Assembly: GCA_043228905.1 (NCBI GenBank) | Contig: JBHGNT010000013.1 | Span: 6,510,001-6,574,000, forward strand | DNA: 64,000 nucleotides | Direction: 5' to 3' | DNA from: Azolla caroliniana | Lineage: Eukaryota > Plantae > Polypodiophyta | Shown here: positions 56,601 to 64,000 of the stretch, piece by piece | Numbering within the stretch: the first letter of the stretch is position 1 | Layout: each line of letters begins with the position of its first letter | Program-made: the position numbers and the translations under genes | The notes under the pieces: model-generated | Database searches by the model: none | What the model saw: only the letters and a program-made list of their open reading frames with translations | Told to the model about the DNA's origin: nothing

Positions 56601-59600
56601 CGGTTGTTCATCTTCGGTTGCTTCCTGTCGGGGTGGTTCGGTGTCGATTGGTTGTGTCCCAGTCGGTCGCTCTTCATCACTTATTGTGATGGGCGTTGTT
56701 TTACCCTCGGCTTCCTGTTATTGACGTTCTTGCTCGTATTTCTCTAACTCCATCTGCGTTTCGAGCTGCCCGTCGTCCAGTCTTTCCACCAACCCCCGGA
56801 TCTCCTGTCTTCCGCTGGTTCTCAGCATCAGCCCGGAGTGTCTGCAGCTCTGCTGCCTGTTGTGCCTACTCCTTCCATACCTTCTCAGCACTTTCATTGA
56901 TACTCGTCTGAGCTCGGTCCCTCCATGCCGACATGATGAACCGGATCCGGTCCACTCCTACTTGAGCCCGTGCATTCCCCTCTTCCTTTTCCTTCCTCAA
57001 CCGTATTATAATTGCCGCCGCCGCCTAGGCTTGGCTTTCATACTCCGCTGCCTTCTGTTCATATGTACTCTGAAGTTTGTTCAGCGTATAAGTAGCCCGT
57101 TCCTTTTCTTCGTTCCGGTTCTTGGCCAGCTCCAGCTTTTCCCGCCTCAACGCTTCCAATTCCATCCTTCGCGCCGTTGCTTCGGTTATCTCTGCCGACA
57201 ATGCTTCCTTTTTGGCACTCACTTCGTCCATTGTCTTGGCCAGATCCAAGCGGGTCTCCTTCAACTGCTCTTTAAGCTTTTCTATCTGTTGGTCGTACTT
57301 CGCTCCCCGTTTCTTGTTGTCCGACTCGGCCTGCTTGTGGTCCCGATACAGCCTGTCAAAATCCTCTGTTTTCTGCTTCAGTCGTCGGTTCACCTGAGCC
57401 CGTAACCAGTCCTTCTGTTGCCGGAGTTCTTCCTGGAGACGTTCTATTTCCGTCTCGGCATGTCGACGTAGTCTATCTTTTTCCTTTTGCAGCTTGTCCT
57501 TCTCCTGTCTCAGTCGGTCGTTATTGGCCTGGCCTTTCCGGAGGCTGTCTTCCATCCTCCGTCTGTCCTCTTCCGCCAATTTCCGTTGCTCTCGTTCTTT
57601 TTCTCTCAACGCCTCCTGGGCCCTTAACTCCTCTCTCAAGGTTGCTATGACTTTTTCAGACTCAGGGCCGGTTTGCAAGGCCTCTCCTTCCACCGGTTCT
57701 GGTTCTGGTTCCGGTTGCTTTCTTGTTATCCCGACTGGCTCGGTGACAACCTGTGCTTGTTGGCTCGTTGTGGCTGCTTCCGCCACCCTTTCGTTTACAT
57801 GTATCAGCTCCCCCTGCAACTCCTGAATCTGTGTTCGGAGTGAGACCAATTCTTGGGTTGTTGTTCGCGTTAGGTGTTCCCTACGCTTTTCCTCCTCATC
57901 CATTTGGTCTGCTACCCCCGACACTTGCTCTGAGAGCCACCTCAACCACTATTGCATGGTACTTCTTTCTAGTCCATCATCTGGGGTGCTTTGCGCGCTT
58001 CTGCTCCTTGGTCCAAGCTGTTGTTCCTGTCCACCCTCCAGCTGTGTTGCGGTCTTTTCTGGTTCCGACACCTGTTCATTTCCCAAGTCCGGGAATGACG
58101 GTTCTCTACCGAAATCCGGCAAAACCTATTCCGGGGCTACCTCCATTGGTGCGGCCCTGGCTTCTTCTTGTTTCCCTTCCGCCTCGGTTACTAGAGTCGG
58201 TCCCTTCGCACGTCGCTGAGTGCCGCCAACTGGTGGAGCTGGTCCTTTCGCCCGTTTCTCCCGACCCTGTCTCGGTGGGAGTCTCTCCAGTGGTTCAGCT
58301 GAGTCCTCCAGCTCAGCTTCCTCCTCCGATGCGGTTCCCAGACGGATCTTTTGTACAAAGTCCTCTGGTTCAGGTTCCTGCCGTCACACCGGCCATCGCA
58401 CCGGCTCTTCTTCAGCCGGTTCTTGTGCGCAGGTGGTCTTCTTTGTCGCTTTTTCCTTCCCCTTCCCCGCCGGTTTTGCCTGTGCCGCCACCTATTCCGG
58501 TAGTCGTCGGGATGGCCCTTCTTCCGGTTGTTCTTCTCCTTCCTGGGTCCATCCCGAAGTGTGTTTTTCCAGGAGTTGTCGGCGTTTTGCTGTCTTCTTA
58601 GGAGTGGTCTCCTGCCGACCTCGCTTCTTCTATCTGATGGGGAGAACCGGTGGGACCAACACAGTCAGCCACTGCGCTATACCAGCCCATGACTTCTTCC
58701 CGTCCACTAGGTTCCCTTGTCGTCTGTCGTCTCTGCGTTGGTCATATTCCGAGGAGTCATCTCGCTCGTACCGGTCCCTTCGGTAGTCGTCTCTGCATTT
58801 TTTGTTGCGGTCATGATCGTCACGTCTTCGATCAGTATATCTATCGCCGCGCTCGCGTTGGTTGCGGTCGTCTCTCCGGAATCGGTCTTCGTCCGGGTCC
58901 TGATTGTTTCGTGGTTCTATGTGTTGGACCGGTGCAGCCTGTCGATTTAGCAAGTTGTACTCGTAGCGGTCCGTTGTATGTGCCCGAGAGTGGCAAATCA
59001 TACACTGTGTGCGCATGGTGCAGTCGACCGTTGAGTGGCCCAAATTGAGACATGTCATGCACTGTAGAGCCTGTCGGAACCTCAAATCTTCTTCCTTTGG
59101 AAGTGCCCGGTGTAACATCTCCAATGACATGAATGAGCTGCTTTTGTCCATCTCTAGCACCCGATCAATGACTTGGTCCATTGTGCTGGTACGGAAGTCA
59201 AGGACTCCGCACATTGTTCTCAGTGTTTCCCTTAATGCAGCCAAAAATACTGCTTTAGCTTCGTCCTCGGGAGGTGCTCTTGTCAATTGGTTGTGCAAGG
59301 TCTTGAACCGGATTATAAATTGTGGCACGGTTTCGTGCTCCTCCTGCCGGGTGGTATAAAATTGCCCGACCAATTCCCTTTGTTCGACTTGTCTATGGAA
59401 CAATCGAAGGAATTGCCTTCAAGGCGTCAAAAGTGGCAAAGCTACCTGGTAAATGCTTTGCATGCCAACGAGTGGCCGGTCCTTCTAGTGTCATGCCGAA
59501 TTCGGCGACTTTGGACCGTTCGGCCTCTGGCTCTGTTAATCTCTGAGAAACATGATTGGCTTCCCATGTCTGGAGGAATGCGTAGACATGAGCCTCCGCG

Positions 59601-62600
59601 TCGGGATCGTCCCGATACTTTGGGTACGGATACGGCATAGTGTCGTCCAAATGGATCTCCTGCTTTCTCCGCTCTTTCTCCGTGGTTGGTGTCGGTATCC
59701 GATCCTTTGATTCCTCCGCGGGTGGTATCGGTGTCCAATCCTTTGATTTCTCCGCAGGTGGTGTCGGTATCCTGTCAGCCTCTCTCGACGATTGCCGATC
59801 ACCGAACTCCAAGGTTATTTCTTCCGTTGGCTCTGGTGTCGATGAGTCGTCCGACTCGTCTTCCACCGGATCGTTCGGTGTGTCGTGGCTGCTTTTATAT
59901 CGGGACTCAACACTCTTGTCGCTGTCCGAATCCGACTCTAGGGTTGCAAATGCTTCTGCGTCTCCGTCGCCACCGACGAGTGTCTGTAGTATTGATTCCG
60001 CCGCCTGCAGACTTGTTAGGCTACTGCCTTCGTTGGAGAATTGCAGACTCCGAAACTGCAATGCTTCTTCTGCGACTCTCCAAAGAGTTCTGGAAAATGA
60101 CCGATCCTGCCGGATTTCGTCGGCAGCTTGCTGCAAGGCTTCCCGTCGTTGCTGTCGTTCGGCGTATCGTCTCCCTCGTTCAATGATGTGGTCGTCGTTC
60201 GGTCTAGACATCCATCCCCCGGTTGTTCTCTGCACTCTACAGGAATCGTGGTCGCCAAAATAGTGTTGTCTTGCTGGCCGGACTAGCCCCAACACAGGTG
60301 TCCTTCCGACACTTCTCCAAAGGGGTGGTAAGGTTAGGATGTTAGAACACACGCGTAAGATAATTGTTATTAGCACAGACGGTAAAGAAATACAGACAAA
60401 GATAAGTACGCAATGGATAAACTTGTATTACTTCCGTAGAGAACATTACAATTCATCGGATCCTTTTATAGGCATCCGGCAAGGTTACAAAACGGTGCGC
60501 TTAGGTAACCGGCATCCGAATCGGTCCGGATCCGGATCGGTACAATTGTACCGGATCCGTCCCTCCGAATAATAATTCTACTAATAATTACTTTATATTT
60601 CTATATCCGATTCCGCCTTCCCACTTGTCCTTCCACCTTTGCCCGGCCAACAATAGTTGATTTCGGTGGCGTCAAATTTGCGTGAGTGGAAAGCCATAGG
60701 ATGGAGCTTTTCATCATTGCCTTGTTGTGACAAAATGCTACCCAACGTGAAATCCGACGTGTCAGCTTCAATGATGATTGGTTTTTCTAGATCAACATTA
60801 GCCAGAATAGGAGCTGATGTAAATGCCTTCTTAAGATTCTCAAAAGTCATGTCCGCTTCTTCAGACCAAACAAACGATTGTCCCTTCTTAGTAAGTTGTG
60901 TGAGATGCAGAACAAGCTTTGAGTAATCCTGTATAAACTTGTGGTAGAAATTGGCAAAGCCTAAAAAGCATTGCACATCTCGCAACAAACGTGAAGTCTG
61001 CCACTCTACCACCGTTTTGACCTTTGCCGGATCCATGGAGATGCCTTCCGAGGAAATGACATAGCCCAGAAATTCTACCTGATTGCACTCGAAACTACAC
61101 TTTTCCAACTTTGCATAAAGACCATGTTCTCACATCATTTTAGTACTAACAGTACATGAGAATCATGCTCTTCTTGGGTTCTCGAATAAACCAATAGATC
61201 ATCCTAATAGATGATCAAACAAACATCCAAGAGATCTCGGAATATATTATTTTCCGTGTGCTAGAAGACTGTTGGAGCATTAGTGAGGCCAAATGGCATG
61301 ACCGTATACTCGAAGTGCCCATATCTGGTGTGAAACACGGTCTTCTATTCATCTCCTGGTCGGATCCATACGAGGTTATTGCTCCTCGTAAGTCGATCTT
61401 TGTGAAGAACCTTGCACCATTGATCCGTTCTAAAAGACTTGAAATAAGGGGAAGTGCATACCTTTTCCTAATGGTGACCTTATTCAAGCCACAGTAATCT
61501 ACGACGAGACGAAGTGATCCATCCTTTTTCTTGACGAAGAATATGGATGCGCCAGTTGGAGATTTTGAATGTCGAATGAAACCATTTGCCAAATTCTCCT
61601 CTATATAAGCTCGAAGGACTTCTAGCTCGGTTGGTGACAAATTGTAGATCAGTCCCTATGGTGGCTCTTTTGCCGGTTGTAAATCAATGGGGCAATCATA
61701 CGGTCGATGGTGAGGAAGCGTATTGGCTTGTACTTTATCAAACACATCGGCATAATGACGATACTTCTCTGTAAGTTGATTGGTGGACTCCTCTTTAGTG
61801 GTGTTGAAAGGTTTTGCTAATACTGCAAAGAGAAACATTACTTCCTTGCGTCCTTCCTCATGCAACTGATGTAGCGAAATGGTTGCAATCTTATGAGTAG
61901 ATCCTCGGGTTTGTCGATATCGGATTTCTCTTGTTCTCCAATCTATGTCTGGGTTATGTAATTTGAACCATGGTAATCCCAAAACAATAGGATGTTCTGG
62001 GATACTAATTATATTAAAGGATAATACACACGCTAAATTATCTAGGACAATAGTAACAGGCTTTGACTCTTCTATGATATTTGCAGAAGCAATGGGACGA
62101 CCATCAATGACTACTACAAAGGCTGGACATGGGAGTTTTCTTAGGGATATCTTATGAGCTTGGGAAAAATTCCTATCCATGAAGCAAGAATTAGCTCCGG
62201 AATCTAGGAGTGTTGAGACATGTATTGGAGAGGTACTTTTAGTACTAACGGTTACTTGGGCTAAGAACACATTGCTAACTTTCTTAGAGGGAATGGAACC
62301 ACTAATGGGTTGCAAAGATCTAGGGCTGTCCAACCAAACGGCTCCTATTTTGGTTGGACCTAGTCGTTTAACTTTTCTTCTAACTAACTGACTACGGACA
62401 TCAAATTTGTTTGATAGATTTGGGCTATTAGTACTATTAGAACTATCAGATATTCCTACTGAAATAGACTCGGGTTTAGTACAATTAGAACTAGCAACTA
62501 TTTGGTTCACCTGTCTTCTTGGCCTATGGGGACAGTTCACTGCAATATGCCCTAGTCCACTGCAATAAAGACATAGTCGATTTCCTCGGCGTCGCTGCTT

Positions 62601-64000
62601 TTCTTCTTCCAATAATGGTCTGCGACGATGTGTAGTGTCAATTTCCATCGGAGTTGGAGTATTCATTGGAGACGCATTGTATGCCTCCCTTGGAAAAGGT
62701 TTTGCTACCACTGAGGCGTAGGTGGGCTTTGATCTTGCCCTTGGCATCTGGAACAAACGTTCCGAACGTCGTTCGAAAAGACGGTTGTTGCATCTCACCG
62801 CACGACTGATTGCTTCTGTCAATGACTTTGGTTCTTCAGGGAAGGTCAAGAGTAAATCCTTGACATTGTTACGTAGACCATAACGAAATTGCTCCATAAG
62901 TGCTTGGTCATCCCAGGGGATATCGGAGGGGAGTAGGCGGAAATCTCCAACGTATGAGGCTGGACGATCACCTTGACGTAATCGTCGGATTTTGTTGATT
63001 GTTGTCCTTATGCTGTCAGTATCTCCAAAACAGGCTTTAAACTCACTTAAAAACTCTTTAAAATTGTTTAGTAAAGGAGATTCCTTTTCTAAAAACGGAG
63101 CGACCCATGCCAAAGTTAAGCCACTTAACAATGTGCCTACTAAACCCAGTCGTGATGCATCGGTGGGATATCGGGAAGGATGCATTTGAATGACTAATCA
63201 TACCTGATTAAGGAATCCTCTAAACTACGATCGCGTTCCATCGAATTTCATGGTAAGGCTGATCTTGGGTTCTTTATGAACCCCTTGCATATTGGGTCCT
63301 TGTTGTTGCATTGCTACTATGGTTGCTTCAAGCAGTTGCACGTGTAACGCTAGTTCCCCGTGTTGTTGTTGCATCTTATGCTTCTCTAAGGAGATTTGTT
63401 GAAGCTCCCCCAACAGTCGTTGATTTTCTTGTTCCAATGCGAGAAACTTCTCTTTCAAGCATTGCAACTCCGAAAAAACGGATTGATATTCTTAAGCACT
63501 AACAGTGGCATTAGTATGAGAGAAAAGAGGAATAAGAGATTAATATGAAGGGAGGGAGAAGTTAGAAGATAAAGGAAGAGAAGGAAGGAAACGATATCGG
63601 TTCAAACTGTCAGAAGCAGTACTAAGACAGAGAAGGAATTAGTACTAAAAGATGAGGATTAGTACTAAGGGAGGTGTAGAATTCTCGAGAGAAGGAAAGA
63701 GTGACTGAGAGAGAGAGGGGGGGGGGGGGGGGGGAGAGAGAGAGAGAATGATGATAACAAAATATATATATTATGTTAAGTGAATATACAATAGTAGCTA
63801 GGAGGCTTAAGACTGACGTTGAACCGATTTGGTTCGAAATAATGCCTTGTGCCTGCTTTTATAGTGTTCTCAGGAGTACTCCTGAAGTTTCTAGATTGTT
63901 CCAAAGAAATCTGGAATATACATCAATTTTCTATAGTAAAACTTAAATGAAAATATTATCCTTCATATTACAACATATAGTTTAATGGTCAAGAGCTTGA
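53680..64000 (-). mobile_element. Tcn1-like chromovirus (Ty3/gypsy), degenerate, interrupted by element 55819-60652
   Basis: 5' LTR from 63608 to beyond the window. Gag-protease 61656-63467 (CLYCSGLGHIAVNC, LLDSGANSCF), RT 61215-61640 ([21 protein letters not shown]), RNase H 60593-61108 continuing at 55235-55818, integrase and chromodomain 53934-55200. PPT and truncated 3' LTR 53680-53946. Confidence 0.92.
55819..60652 (-). mobile_element. Non-autonomous, pol-less LTR retroelement (Tat/Ogre-type PBS) encoding gag plus a coiled-coil extension
   Basis: LTRs 55819-56208 and 60264-60652 (~390 bp); perfect TSD ATAGT (55814-55818 / 60653-60657); PBS TGGCGACCAC at ~60248-60257. Gag-like FGMTLEGPATRW and two zinc-knuckle-like motifs. 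No protease, RT, RNase H or integrase motif in the ~4-kb interior. Confidence 0.85.

Noticed and set aside
56181-60263. + strand Pro/Ser/Leu-rich ORFs (e.g. 57753-58601) as env-like genes
   Set aside because: Their composition mirrors the Glu/Arg/Lys-rich minus-strand frame; the PBS and gag place the sense strand on minus.
60525-60562. Palindrome ggtacaattgtacc in the LTR of the pol-less element
   Set aside because: It is imperfect in the sister LTR (~56095-56108) and too short to assign a function.

Overview
Eukaryotic plant nuclear DNA, most likely from a seed-free plant such as a fern. The evidence is spliceosomal introns, a chloroplast-lumen PsbP-like gene, a flagellar enkurin gene and a Tcn1-type chromovirus. 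Three intact multi-exon host genes can be reconstructed by hand: UMP synthase (+, 6253-10158), PsbP-like protein 1 (-, 15021-12397) and enkurin (+, 44077-48189, with one GC-AG intron). Roughly 70% of the window is decayed, deeply nested LTR retrotransposons whose LTRs, primer-binding sites (PBS), polypurine tracts (PPT) and target-site duplications (TSD) can mostly be read directly. These are Tork/Tnt1-like and Bianca-like copia elements, two nested tRNA-Trp-primed gypsy elements with 4-bp TSDs, three Tcn1-like chromovirus copies, and a pol-less LTR element with gag running in-frame into a long coiled-coil ORF. The most notable observations are the gag/coiled-coil element, a telomere-repeat insertion inside a copia pol, an apparent self-priming PBS, and an inverted chromovirus pair that appears to have undergone gene conversion and inversion of its centre. 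One 100-N assembly gap with a probable false overlap is present. Exon and element boundaries were read by eye. Lineage names come from remembered family features, not from database searches.
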